NCBI GenBank assembly: GCA_017610175.1
Contig: JAFCCO010000013.1
Location: 1-34,389 of the forward strand
Source of the DNA: Candidatus Iainarchaeum sp.
GTDB taxonomy: Archaea; Iainarchaeota; Iainarchaeia; Iainarchaeales; GCA-2688035
Length of the DNA stretch: 34,389 nt
Reading direction: 5' to 3'
Below the pieces are notes generated by a model. That model was not told the origin of the DNA. It did no database searches and saw only the letters and a program-made list of their open reading frames with translations. The translations under genes and the position numbers were made by a program. Shown here one piece after another: positions 17,614 through 27,157 of this stretch (position 1 is its first letter; every line of letters starts with the position of its first letter).

Positions 17614-17655
17614 TTTGTAGTTCTTTTGCTATTTGTAGTTCTTTTGCTATTTGTA
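17614..17655. repeat. perfect 18-bp tandem duplication (2.3 copies)
   Basis: tttgtagttcttttgcta x2, inside a 57-aa minus-strand ORF (17519-17692) that may be the integrase tail. Confidence 0.85.
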
Positions 17656-17688
17656 TTACTGCTTTTTTCCATTTTGTGTCAAGGTCTT

Positions 17689-18189
17689 TCATGTTGTTTC
17701 CTCTGCATTGTTTGTGTTTTGTTCGAGACCGTGTGCCTTGTCCCTTTTGTTGGTTACTGCCTTAATTAGTTTTTTGATGTCTTCCTAGTCAAGCAGTTGT
17801 TCGGGCAGAATGTTGTTGCCGGTTTTTTTGAACGAAAACCATTCAACCGACTCGGGGTATTTTCCTTTGTTGAGCTATTTGTGAAAGACCTTCAGGATTT
17901 GGTTGTATGTCCAGATACTTCCGTCTTTGTAGCCCCTGTTCTTCATCCAGCTTAGGGATAGTTTATAGCCCTCCTTTGAGGCCTTTTCAAAGTCCTTGTT
18001 CAGCTGCTTTGCGGTGAGACGAAGAACAGACATCTGCCTGAGCATTCTGGGAATGCTTATTCCCTTTGCAGGGTTGTGCTAGTAAAAACGCATTATTGCG
18101 TCCTTGTTTTCTGTGCAAAGTATTGATTCTTTTACCCTTTCAATTTCTCTTTCGAGATTCCGCCCGTAAGGGTGGATGTACTCTTTCAT
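17689..18189 (-). pseudogene. tyrosine integrase relic (N-terminal domain only; three TAG stops; catalytic domain deleted)
   Basis: Manual translation MKEYIHPY...FY*...TYNQILKVFHK*LNKGKYPESVEW...LPEQLLD*EDIKKLIKAVTNKRDKA parallels the element-1 integrase; TAGs at 18079-81, 17875-77, 17785-87. Confidence 0.88.
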
Positions 18190-18258
18190 GTTGCTACACC
18201 TTCCCCCGCCGAAAACCATTTAAATATGGCAGGCGAGGGAATCTGAAAAGAAGAAGTG

Positions 18259-18331
18259 CGCCCCCGGGAGGATTCGAACCTCCGACCTACCGGTTAACAG
18301 CCGGACGCTCTACCTACTGAGCTACAAGGGC
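18259..18331 (-). tRNA. tRNA-Asn(GTT)
   Basis: GCCCTTG/CGGGGGC acceptor, AGCTCAGTAGGTAGAGC D arm, CCGG-CTGTTAA-CCGG anticodon arm, TTCGAAT. Confidence 0.96.
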
Positions 18332-18726
18332 ATTTTTTTGTTGTTGTATTTAATCTAATTAACCAATGTAAATATTAAAAAACAGGTAGTTTAAAGCTTT
18401 TTTGCCTGTTGGGTGTGGCAAAATTTCAGGGCATTCTATTTTTAAGAGGGCTTAAATTCTAAAGATATAGTCTGAAAACCCAGATAATTGTAAAATAAGC
18501 AATTTAAACACTTTTTGGCTAAAAAGTACAAATGTTAACCCCTTGATTTGCCTTATTTAACCTATAAGGGGTAAAACAAGATTATACATAATTATCGGAG
18601 CGTAAATTGGGCTTCTTTTCGGGTTAAGAATGTTAATATCCGCTTATACATAAAAGTAAAACTATATTAAGGAGTTAAGCTGCAATAGTATCAGATTTGC
18701 TTTTTAATAAAAAGCGGGGTGATATA

Positions 18727-19800
18727 ATGAAGAGTATTGTTGAAAATGCAATGGATAAGACGGCAGTAGTCGAAAACGACCGTCTTGAGGAATTCGGAAC
18801 CCCTAAAATAATGGTTATAGGGACCGGAGGAGCAGGCTGTAACGCAGTTAACAGGCTTGCAAACATGGGTATTTCGGGGGCACAGCTTGTTGCGGTAAAC
18901 ACAGACAAGCAGCACCTTGCACTCATTAACGATGAGCTTACAAAGGTTCTCATCGGAAAGTCCGTTACACGCGGACTTGGAGCTGGCGGCTTTCCTGAAA
19001 TAGGCGCCAAAGCAGCAGAAGTAAGCAGATCAGCGCTCGAGGAAATTCTTGCAGACGTTGATATGCTGTTCATTTCAGCCGGAATGGGTGGAGGAACAGG
19101 AACCGGGGCTGCACCAATAATTGGTGAAATTGCAAAGGAACAGGGCGCAATTGTTATTGCGATTGTATCATACCCTTTTGCTTTGGAAAAGGCAAGGCTG
19201 ATAAAGGCCGAGGAAGGAATTGAGGCATTGAGGCACGTCACAGACACGGTTGTTGTAATTGACAACAACAGGCTTGTTGAATTGGTTCCCAACCTTCCAA
19301 TCCAGGACGCGTTCAAGGTTGCTGACGAAGTAATCGCAAGAACGGTTCGCGGGATAACGGAGACAATCACACAGCCAAGCCTAATCAACCTTGATTATGC
19401 GGACGTGAGATCAATAATGAGCAACCACGGACTAAGCGTAATCGCTGTTGGAGAAAGCAAGAGCGTGGACAAGGTCAACGAAGTTGTCGAGGACACATTA
19501 AAGAACGCGCTTCTCGATGTTGACATCAGCGGAGCAAGCGGTGCATTAATTCACATAACAGGTGGTCCGGAACTAACTTTGGGTGAAGCAAACGCCGTTG
19601 GTGAACTGCTCACAGAAAGGATTGATTCCAAGGCAACCGTTATTTGGGGATCAAGAGTTGACCCAACCTTCGAGAACAAGATAGAAGTAATTGCTATCTT
19701 CACCGGAGTGCACTCACCCTACATTAAGGGGCCAGTAAGCAATAGTGCAAGGGACCCCAGAAGGGACTCAAAAGACCTTGACATAGATTACATAAAGTAA
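18727..19800 (+). CDS. ftsZ: cell division protein FtsZ (FtsZ2-like)
   Basis: GGAGCN, GMGGGTGTG, NTDKQHL, TQPSLINLDYAD. Confidence 0.97.
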   Translation: MKSIVENAMDKTAVVENDRLEEFGTPKIMVIGTGGAGCNAVNRLANMGISGAQLVAVNTDKQHLALINDELTKVLIGKSVTRGLGAGGFPEIGAKAAEVSRSALEEILADVDMLFISAGMGGGTGTGAAPIIGEIAKEQGAIVIAIVSYPFALEKARLIKAEEGIEALRHVTDTVVVIDNNRLVELVPNLPIQDAFKVADEVIARTVRGITETITQPSLINLDYADVRSIMSNHGLSVIAVGESKSVDKVNEVVEDTLKNALLDVDISGASGALIHITGGPELTLGEANAVGELLTERIDSKATVIWGSRVDPTFENKIEVIAIFTGVHSPYIKGPVSNSARDPRRDSKDLDIDYIK

Positions 19801-19847
19801 ATTCAAAAGCGGTGGCGGCTTGTCCGCTGCCCAATTTCTATTTTTTT

Positions 19848-21341
19848 TTAAAGCAAAATTGGCCAAAAATTCAAAAGCAGCAGCCCTGCAATAACCCAAA
19901 GGAAGAGTCTTCCAATAAACTTCTGTGTTTCTTCCTTGTTCATCTGCATGAAACCAAAGTATGGAACAAGCATTATTTTTGCAATCCTTGCACCGTCCAG
20001 TCCGGCAAGAGGCAGGAAGTTGAATACTGCAACGGCAAAGCTCAGCAAAAGAAGCCAGTTGAAGAAGCCCTCAATTGTTTTAACAGAGGTTCCAATAAAG
20101 TAAAACTCGTCAGCGGGCTCTTTTCCCTCAACATATTTGATGCTGTTCCTTGAAATCTGGAAGCCAAGCGCGGTTTTTTCATCTGCAATAAGCTCCCGCT
20201 CAACAATTTCCCCACTGTCTGTTCTAAGCAGAAGAGTTACATTCTTGTCGTCGGAAGCAATAGCTTTCCCAAGCATTTGCAGGTTTGTTAATGCAAACCC
20301 GTTGTATTCAATAATTTCCCATCCTTCCTCAACCTTTCCAAAGGCTGCACTCTCATAGCCGTTTCCGCAGATATCGTATTCCTCTATAACTTTGTTGATG
20401 GTTACAGATTCAATTTCTGCTGCTGTCTGCAGTTCCTCAAGCCTTGGCCCTGCAACGGCTGAGATTGAAGTCGCAATCAGGAGAAATATTACGAGAAATA
20501 CAGGGATTGAGAAAAGATTTGCGGCAGGGCCCATTGCAAAAATTCTCATCTGCTGCCTCTCCAACTTGCTGTTTATTTCTTCATCATTTGGCTCAACAAA
20601 TGCACCGATGGGGAGAATTCCTGCGAGAAGCAATCCAACAGACTTAATCTTTGCGTTCGCACGCCTAATCATTGCGCCGTGCGAAAATTCGTGAATTACG
20701 AGAATCACAAGGAACACACCCCAAACATAGAGCGGCGGAACAAATGGGACGTTTGGAATTTGCACTCCCGGAATTACGGGAGCAACGCCCGGGCAGGGCT
20801 TTTTTCCAATAAATAACTTTGCGAATATGTCGTAAGCCTGCCATACAAGTGCTGCAATTGCAAAGAGCATCATTCCGCCGAATGCAAAAGAAAGCGAAAG
20901 AAAAAGGGAGAGTCCCATTCCGTCAGCCCTGAAAAGCATTAGCCCCCAGATGAACGGGAAGAAAAGCCCGAACAGCAGCAGGAATCCAAAAATGTCCACA
21001 ATCAGTCTTTTAATGCCGGAAAACTTTCTTGCGTAAAGGAAATCAACCGCAATGGTTCCGAATCCAAACACGAGCCCAATGTCCGCAAGCAAATCCCACA
21101 GCCTGAACCTTGAAATCCATGTAATGAATCCAATACAGCGTTTTGTGCGGACAAGGGAAACAAGGTACTGTGTTTCAACGTTTGTAAACAGTTTCAATGC
21201 GTAGGTTGAAAAGAAGAGGAATCCAACAACCACAAATGCCCAGAGCCAGAATGAAATGTCTGCTTCGGTTAAAAATTCAACCGCAAGAAGCAGTGCGCCC
21301 GCGGCAATTAGCCCGGCCAAAAACTTTTCAAGTGATTTCAT
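19848..21341 (-). CDS. site-2 protease (M50) with PDZ-like insert
   Basis: IHEFSHG, GAFVEP, GPAAN, NFLPLAGLDG; many TMs. Confidence 0.93.
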   Translation of the reverse strand: MKSLEKFLAGLIAAGALLLAVEFLTEADISFWLWAFVVVGFLFFSTYALKLFTNVETQYLVSLVRTKRCIGFITWISRFRLWDLLADIGLVFGFGTIAVDFLYARKFSGIKRLIVDIFGFLLLFGLFFPFIWGLMLFRADGMGLSLFLSLSFAFGGMMLFAIAALVWQAYDIFAKLFIGKKPCPGVAPVIPGVQIPNVPFVPPLYVWGVFLVILVIHEFSHGAMIRRANAKIKSVGLLLAGILPIGAFVEPNDEEINSKLERQQMRIFAMGPAANLFSIPVFLVIFLLIATSISAVAGPRLEELQTAAEIESVTINKVIEEYDICGNGYESAAFGKVEEGWEIIEYNGFALTNLQMLGKAIASDDKNVTLLLRTDSGEIVERELIADEKTALGFQISRNSIKYVEGKEPADEFYFIGTSVKTIEGFFNWLLLLSFAVAVFNFLPLAGLDGARIAKIMLVPYFGFMQMNKEETQKFIGRLFLWVIAGLLLLNFWPILL

Positions 21342-21719
21342 TTAATCACCCGTCCCTGTAAGTTTTATTCCAAGCTCGTTCTCGAGCTTTTTCACAAGCT
21401 TTGGGGAAGGCTTTACTGCTTCCGATTCAATGCGGTGCAGAAGCGAGGCCTTTTCAAAAACTTTTTTTCCAAGCTCGTCAAATGTAAGGTCCTTTCTTTG
21501 CCTTGCCTGCATGATAACTTTTCCAAACCCCGGGATAATGTCGCCGCCCATTTCAAAAAGGTTCTGCGGTTTTTGTGCCTGCGCTGAAGTGTACTGCGGC
21601 TGTGGTGTGCGCTCTTCAACCCCGTATGTTGCGCAGCCTTTGCACACAAGCATGTGTGAACCGTCAAGGTTAATTTTCTTAGGCAAGGCTGTTTCGCTGC
21701 CGCAAATTTCGCATTGCAT
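21342..21719 (-). CDS. mbf1: archaeal multiprotein bridging factor aMBF1
   Basis: MQCEICG...VCKGC Zn ribbon plus C-terminal HTH. Confidence 0.92.
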   Translation of the reverse strand: MQCEICGSETALPKKINLDGSHMLVCKGCATYGVEERTPQPQYTSAQAQKPQNLFEMGGDIIPGFGKVIMQARQRKDLTFDELGKKVFEKASLLHRIESEAVKPSPKLVKKLENELGIKLTGTGD

Positions 21720-21792
21720 AGAAGAAAAAAGGCTGTTAGGGTTAATAAAGATATTTGGCAAGCCTTATTCGGTCCAAATAGTAAGCAACGTT

Positions 21793-21915
21793 AAAATAGA
21801 GAAGGACAAGATTTTCGAAACCTTACCTTCTAAGCTAAGAGAGTTGCTTGAACTTAGAGCTAAGAATTGGATAGGCTCACCAGACTAAGTTCAACATAGC
21901 TAAAAATTTAGCTAC
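21793..21915 (-). ncRNA. candidate structured non-coding RNA (three hairpins)
   Basis: Stems at 21897-21914, 21848-21894 and 21800-21831; G-U pairs only on the minus strand; BRE/TATA upstream; no convincing ORF. Confidence 0.45.
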
Positions 21916-21939
21916 AAGTAGTATTTGTAGGCACCATGA

Positions 21940-21956
21940 TATTTAAACCTTTCTTT
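21940..21956 (-). promoter_or_regulatory. BRE/TATA-like archaeal promoter
   Basis: Minus strand AAAGAAAGGTTTAAATA, about 25 nt upstream of the first hairpin. Confidence 0.55.
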
Positions 21957-21987
21957 AACTTAAGTTAGGGACTTTTGATAGCGTATT

Positions 21988-22545
21988 TTATCCTATAATT
22001 TCAAGCAATCTTTTGTGAACTATTGGGTTACCATCCAGCTCTGTGTGGAAGGTAACAACAATAATTTTCCCACTCTCAACCCATACTGGTTTCCCATCAA
22101 GTTGCGCGATAATTTTTACCCCCTGACCCGTGCGCTCGATTGCAGGAGCGCGGATGAACTTTGCATTAAAACTGGCCTCCCCGCGCTTGACCTTTGCCTC
22201 AAAGCTTTCCCTCTGCCTGCCAAAAGCATTTCTTTTTGTTGTGATATCAATTAGCGAGAGGGGCTTTGCCCCTTTTGGTTCAATGATTTCGCTGCTTGCA
22301 ACAATTGCCCCCGCACAGGTTGCAAGAACAGGCATTGCATTCTTCACCCTTTGCTTAATTGCCTTAGCCAACCCTGTTCTTTCAAGCAGGATTGAAAAAG
22401 TCGTTGATTCGCCCCCGGGAATTATAAGTGCATTAACTTTTTTCAAGTCCTCAACACTCTTAACCAGCATTGAATCCGCACCCGCAAGCTTAAGCGTTTG
22501 CTGGTGCTCTAAAAAGTTGCCCTGCAAGCCAAGAATTCCAATCAA
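21988..22545 (-). CDS. pdxT: PLP synthase glutaminase subunit
   Basis: GILGLQG, IIPGGESTT, TCAG, RNAFGRQRESFE, FHTE; TTG start after GGTGAG assumed. Confidence 0.95.
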   Translation of the reverse strand: MIGILGLQGNFLEHQQTLKLAGADSMLVKSVEDLKKVNALIIPGGESTTFSILLERTGLAKAIKQRVKNAMPVLATCAGAIVASSEIIEPKGAKPLSLIDITTKRNAFGRQRESFEAKVKRGEASFNAKFIRAPAIERTGQGVKIIAQLDGKPVWVESGKIIVVTFHTELDGNPIVHKRLLEIIG

Positions 22546-22549
22546 TGGC

Positions 22550-23440
22550 TCACCAGCCCCTTTCCTGCATCCTTGTTTCAAGCTCGTCAACCGGGATTCC
22601 TTTCATTGCGTCACCAAGTCCCTCAGAAACCTTTTCCAGCACGCTTGGATTGTCAAAATTTGTTACAGCTTCAACTATTGCCTTTGCCATCCTCAAAGGC
22701 TTTGAGGATTTGAATATGCCACTTCCTACAAACACGCCGTCGCATCCAAGCTGCATCATAAGCGATGCGTCCGCTGGTGTCGCTATGCCCCCTGCTGCAA
22801 AGTTCACAACAGTGAGCCTTCCGGCCTTCTTTGTTGCCTGTACAAATGAAACAGGGACCCGTTCGTGCTCTGCATAAGACTTGAGTTTTGAGGCACTCAT
22901 TTTTTCCAGGTTCGCAATTTCCAAATTTATAACCTTCATGTGCCTCACTGCCTCAACAACGTTTCCTGTTCCGGCCTCTCCCTTTGTCCTGATCATTGCC
23001 GCACCCTCTGCAATTCGCCTAAGCGCTTCACCCAAATTCCTTGCGCCGCAAACAAACGGAATCTTAAATTGCATTTTGTCAATGTGGTTGAATGGGTCGG
23101 CGGGCGTTAAGACCTCACTTTCGTCAATCATGTCAACCTCAAGTTCTTGGATAATTTGCGCCTCGGCAAAATGCCCAATTCTGACCTTTGCCATAACAGG
23201 AATGCTAACCGCTTTCTGAATCTCCTTTATTATAAGCGGGTCGGACATGCGTGCCACTCCCCCATCTGCCCTAATGTCTGCCGGGACACGCTCCAAAGCC
23301 ATTACAGCGCATGCACCCGCTTTTTCTGCAATTTTTGCATGCTCTGCACGGACAACATCCATAATCACGCCACCCTTAAGCATTTTTGCAAGCCCTGTTT
23401 TGAGCTCAAAGGTTCCTGTTTTTGCCTTTCCACTCACCAT
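22550..23440 (-). CDS. pdxS: PLP synthase lyase subunit
   Basis: [51 protein letters not shown]. Confidence 0.98.
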   Translation of the reverse strand: MVSGKAKTGTFELKTGLAKMLKGGVIMDVVRAEHAKIAEKAGACAVMALERVPADIRADGGVARMSDPLIIKEIQKAVSIPVMAKVRIGHFAEAQIIQELEVDMIDESEVLTPADPFNHIDKMQFKIPFVCGARNLGEALRRIAEGAAMIRTKGEAGTGNVVEAVRHMKVINLEIANLEKMSASKLKSYAEHERVPVSFVQATKKAGRLTVVNFAAGGIATPADASLMMQLGCDGVFVGSGIFKSSKPLRMAKAIVEAVTNFDNPSVLEKVSEGLGDAMKGIPVDELETRMQERGW

Positions 23441-23526
23441 ATTCGTATCTCTAATACCATACTGAATTTAATGCTATGCGAGCCCTACAAAACGAATAAA
23501 AAAACGATTAAGCCTACTAATTGGTT

Positions 23527-24552
23527 ATGGGCACTGCAATTGGCGACATTCTTCTAAAGGAAGAAATTGAGCTTGAATTTTTGGGCGAAAGGCTTGTCGG
23601 AGTTGACTCGTTCAACATTCTTTACCAATTTCTCTCAAGCATTAGGGGCAGGGACGGAACACCCTTAATGGATTCAAAGGGGCGAGTGACCTCACACCTT
23701 ACAGGCCTCTTGTACAGGACAACAAACCTTCTTGTAAAAGGCATTAAGCCTGTTTTTGTTTTTGATGGGAAACCGCACGAACTAAAGGCCAAAACGCGCG
23801 AGAAAAGGCAGGCGATTAGAACCGCTGCGGAAAAGAAATTTAAGGAAGCAAAGGACGCGGGCCTAGAGGCCGAGGCGAAGAAGTACGCAATGCAGTCCAC
23901 AAGGCTTACCGGCGAAATGATTGAGGGGGCAAAAGAGCTTATTGGATACATGGGCCTGCCTGTTGTGCAGGCTCCGAGTGAGGGGGAGGCACAGGTTGCA
24001 ACAATGGTTGCAAAAGGGGACCTGTACGGATGCATTTCACAGGATTTTGATGCATTACTTTTTGGAACCACACTTTTGTTCAGAAACATAACGGTAAGCG
24101 GAAAGAGAAAAGCGCCCGGGCGAAACTTTTACTACGACGTTAAGCCTGAAAAAATTGACCTGCAGAAGAACCTTAACAAGCTTGGAATCACGCGCGAAAA
24201 ACTCATTTGGATGGGCATTCTTGTCGGAACGGATTTTAATAAAAAGTTTCCAAAGGTTGGTGCAAAGACTGCCTTGAAACTCGTGCAGAAACACGACTCG
24301 TTTGAGGAAATAATTAAAAGCACCGGGCACGATCCCGGCTTTGACTACAGGGAAATTGAGAAACTTTTTATGGAGCCCGAAAGCACCTCGGATTACAGCC
24401 TTGAATTCAAGCCGCCAAACAGGGAGAAATTAATTGAGTTTATGGTTGAAAGGCACGACTTTTCAAGGGAAAGGGTTGAGAGCACGCTTGACAAACTAAC
24501 AGCAAAGGCCGAGGAAACGGGAACGCAGTCAAGGCTTGGGCAATGGGGCTAA
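23527..24552 (+). CDS. fen: flap endonuclease 1
   Basis: YQFLSSIR, FVFDG, APSEGEAQ, GTDFN, C-terminal PIP box QSRLGQW. Confidence 0.97.
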   Translation: MGTAIGDILLKEEIELEFLGERLVGVDSFNILYQFLSSIRGRDGTPLMDSKGRVTSHLTGLLYRTTNLLVKGIKPVFVFDGKPHELKAKTREKRQAIRTAAEKKFKEAKDAGLEAEAKKYAMQSTRLTGEMIEGAKELIGYMGLPVVQAPSEGEAQVATMVAKGDLYGCISQDFDALLFGTTLLFRNITVSGKRKAPGRNFYYDVKPEKIDLQKNLNKLGITREKLIWMGILVGTDFNKKFPKVGAKTALKLVQKHDSFEEIIKSTGHDPGFDYREIEKLFMEPESTSDYSLEFKPPNREKLIEFMVERHDFSRERVESTLDKLTAKAEETGTQSRLGQWG

Positions 24553-25475
24553 ATTTCAGATTCTTTTTCCCGCTCTTGAAGCAGTTTTTTAAGATCGCGG
24601 AATTTGCTCAATGTTGTAAGTTCCTCTTCCTCCACAACAGGAACGTCCCCCACAACCCTGAACTTTGTTTTGCTTGCAATAACCATTCCTTTTCCGTCGA
24701 ACACAATTCTTGTCTTATGCAGCTCAAGTGCCTTGCGCTTCACATCCCTCTTTGTTTCACTCCTTGAAATAAGAAGCCGCTCAGACGGGCTGCTTCCCGC
24801 CTTAAACGGGGCGTGCTTGAAAAGCGCAAGCTTCAGGCCCAGATCGTGGACCTTTTCAAGGGCAGGATCAGGCATTACATCATCAAAAATTGTTTCCTGC
24901 AGATGCCCGGTGCTCTCAAACAGGTCAACCTTTTTCACAAGCCCAGCCCCAAGGACTTTTTCAAGCTTTTCCGCGGCCTCAAGCGAGGCAGAGTGCCCTT
25001 TTTCATAGCGGTGCACAGACTCAATGGATGTGTCAATCTTTGATGCAAGCTCGCTAAGGGTTAGGCCAAGTTCCTTTCTCTTCCGTCTCAAAGCATCGGA
25101 GTCAAGCTCCACAATTTCCTTGCCCTTGAACGATTTAACGATTGGAAAGTTTCCCTCAAGCATTCCGGCAAAGGACTGGATTGAAACGGTTGGAATTCCG
25201 TATCTTTCATAAACCACATTTGGCTTCAAAATGAATGCCTTGGTTTTGTTTCCAATCACAACAGCGATTGCATTGAACAGGTTAACAAGCTTTTTGATTT
25301 CGATTGCGTGTTCTTCCCGCAGGGCATCAACATTGTTAAACACCTTGACCAAAACGGTGGTGCTGCCCTTTCTTGCGGCAAGGTCAAAGCAGGTGTTGCT
25401 GTGGAAAAATGGCTCAACAATAAATCCCTTTTGCTCCAGCAGTTTAATCGCATTGAACAGGAGAGTTTCCCTCAT
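24549..25475 (-). CDS. conserved archaeal HTH regulator with endonuclease-like fold (MJ1164-like)
   Basis: CFDLAAR, VKVFNNVDAL, VVYERYGIP, Cro/C1-type HTH. Confidence 0.85.
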   Translation of the reverse strand: MRETLLFNAIKLLEQKGFIVEPFFHSNTCFDLAARKGSTTVLVKVFNNVDALREEHAIEIKKLVNLFNAIAVVIGNKTKAFILKPNVVYERYGIPTVSIQSFAGMLEGNFPIVKSFKGKEIVELDSDALRRKRKELGLTLSELASKIDTSIESVHRYEKGHSASLEAAEKLEKVLGAGLVKKVDLFESTGHLQETIFDDVMPDPALEKVHDLGLKLALFKHAPFKAGSSPSERLLISRSETKRDVKRKALELHKTRIVFDGKGMVIASKTKFRVVGDVPVVEEEELTTLSKFRDLKKLLQEREKESEI

Positions 25476-26296
25476 CAGATTACCCCTGAAAGGAAACTAA
25501 CAAGCGCAACAAACATTGCAATCTTGTAAATTTTTTGGGAGCGGGCAAATTTTGATTTGTATGAGAGTAGCGCGGCATAAACAAATGCAATCGCCGCAAT
25601 TGAGAGAAACACAGCAAAGATTGCCCCTCCAAACCCGTTGAAGAACGGAACAAACCCGAACATAATTGCAAGGGCGGTTGAGGTTAGTGCGGTGTACTTT
25701 GCAGGCCTCACCCCCACAATCATTGGCAGGCTCACTTTGAACCCCTCATCCTGCTTCATGTCCTCAATGTCCTTAACTATTTCGCGGGCAACGTTTGCAA
25801 ACAGCGCCGAACCCGCAAAAAAGAAAACGGTTGAATAGTTCCCAAAAAGGGAAGCGCCGAACACCAGGGTGAATGCGGTTCCAAGCGCAACAACCCAGTT
25901 TCCAAAGTACTTGAAGTTTGGAAGGGCTGCGGCATAGGCAATCAGCAGAATGCTGAACGCAAGCGCAATAATAAATGACTGAACAGGCAGGAAAAGCAAT
26001 GCGACAATGTTTGCCCCCTGGAAAAGGAACAAGGAGTATGCAAGCGCGTTTCGCGAAGTGATTTTCTTGCTTGGAATCGGTTTCTGGGGCTTGAGCTTTG
26101 CGTCAACCAAAGCGTCAAACACATCGTTTATGGCCATGCCTGCGCCGCAGATTGTAAACACAACAGCCATTGCAACCACCAGCTGCATATTAACTGCCAG
26201 GCCTCCGGATGCAATTGCATATCCTATGAACACACCAAATGCCGCCATCACACAGTTTGCGGGGCGCAAAATTTCAAGATAAGTTTTTAAGGTCAT
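25475..26296 (-). CDS. UbiA prenyltransferase, likely digeranylgeranylglyceryl phosphate synthase
   Basis: LRPANC, NDVFDALVD, PIPS, REIVKDIED. Confidence 0.88.
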   Translation of the reverse strand: MTLKTYLEILRPANCVMAAFGVFIGYAIASGGLAVNMQLVVAMAVVFTICGAGMAINDVFDALVDAKLKPQKPIPSKKITSRNALAYSLFLFQGANIVALLFLPVQSFIIALAFSILLIAYAAALPNFKYFGNWVVALGTAFTLVFGASLFGNYSTVFFFAGSALFANVAREIVKDIEDMKQDEGFKVSLPMIVGVRPAKYTALTSTALAIMFGFVPFFNGFGGAIFAVFLSIAAIAFVYAALLSYKSKFARSQKIYKIAMFVALVSFLSGVI

Positions 26297-26359
26297 TTTC
26301 AATTATTAGTTGTTTGTAATAATTTAATAACTATTGTTCCGGGTTTTGGAGGGATTTTT

Positions 26360-27157
26360 TTGTTTTTGAATGGAAAATTGTTGGAAGAAGTAAGAAAAAA
26401 GAAGCCGTTGGTTCACCACATAACCAACTGGGTCACAATTTATGACTGTGCAAATGTAACCCGCGCAATAGGTGCGCTGCCTGTAATGGCCCACGCAATT
26501 GAGGAAGTTGAGGAAATGCAGGCAATTTCAAGCGCGCTTGTTCTCAACATAGGCACTTTAACAACAGAACTTGTTGAATCAATGAAGCTTGCTGCCAAAA
26601 AGGCAAACGCTGAAAGGCACCCTGTTGTGCTGGATGCGGTTGGGGTTGGGGCAACAGCCCTTAGAACCGACAAGGCATTTGAATTGCTGGATTCGGTTCA
26701 CATTGATATTGTGAAAGGAAACCAGAGTGAAATTGCAAAGCTTGCGGGAGCCGATGTTTTAACCCGCGGAGTTGAATCAAGCGATGTTGAGGGCGACATG
26801 CTTACTCTTGCAAAAAAGCTGGCCGAAAAATACGGCTCAACAGTTATTGTAACAGGCAAGCACGACATAGTTGCCTCACCCAAAAAAGCTTTTTTGGTGA
26901 AAAACGGGCACCCCATGCTTGGCGAGTTTGTCGGGACAGGATGCATGGCTGCATCAATTCTTGGATGCTTTGCCGCAGTTGAATCCGACCATACAACCGC
27001 AAGCGCAGCAGCCCTTTCATGCTACGGTGTTGCAGCCGAGCTTGCCGCAAAGGAAGCAAGCGCTCCGGCTGCATTTAAGCTGAAGTTCTTTGACGAAATC
27101 CACGGCCTTGAAGCCGAAACTGTGTCAAAAATGCAGAACGTAGAGGGCTTGCAATGA
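26360..27157 (+). CDS. thiM: hydroxyethylthiazole kinase
   Basis: PLVHHITNWV, LNIGTL, KGNQSEI, GTGC; GGAGG upstream. Confidence 0.96.
   Translation: MFLNGKLLEEVRKKKPLVHHITNWVTIYDCANVTRAIGALPVMAHAIEEVEEMQAISSALVLNIGTLTTELVESMKLAAKKANAERHPVVLDAVGVGATALRTDKAFELLDSVHIDIVKGNQSEIAKLAGADVLTRGVESSDVEGDMLTLAKKLAEKYGSTVIVTGKHDIVASPKKAFLVKNGHPMLGEFVGTGCMAASILGCFAAVESDHTTASAAALSCYGVAAELAAKEASAPAAFKLKFFDEIHGLEAETVSKMQNVEGLQ

Larger units (their letters stand above)
11094..18274. mobile_element. Integrated element 2 (degenerate island at tRNA-Asn)
   Basis: 14/17 direct repeat of the tRNA-Asn 3' end at both borders, integrase relic next to the tRNA, visibly AT-rich accessory cargo. Confidence 0.8.

Noticed and set aside
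17689-18189. TAG recoding or pyrrolysine readthrough, since all three integrase stops are TAG
   Set aside because: One TAG sits at a conserved Trp, the catalytic domain is deleted anyway, and TAG ends intact genes such as the Fic gene
101-18274. Near-equal lengths of the two elements (7255 vs 7181 bp) as a packaging constraint
   Set aside because: Element 2 has lost much of its integrase, so the match is probably coincidental
21762-21987. Small protein gene or 5S rRNA in the pdxT-mbf1 gap
   Set aside because: Minus-strand ATG ORFs are under 10 codons, the plus-strand frame lacks its own ATG start, and 5S loop C and terminal helix signatures are missing
26303-26359. TPP riboswitch before thiM
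   Set aside because: Only ~60 bp of AT-rich divergent intergenic DNA and no CUGAGA core
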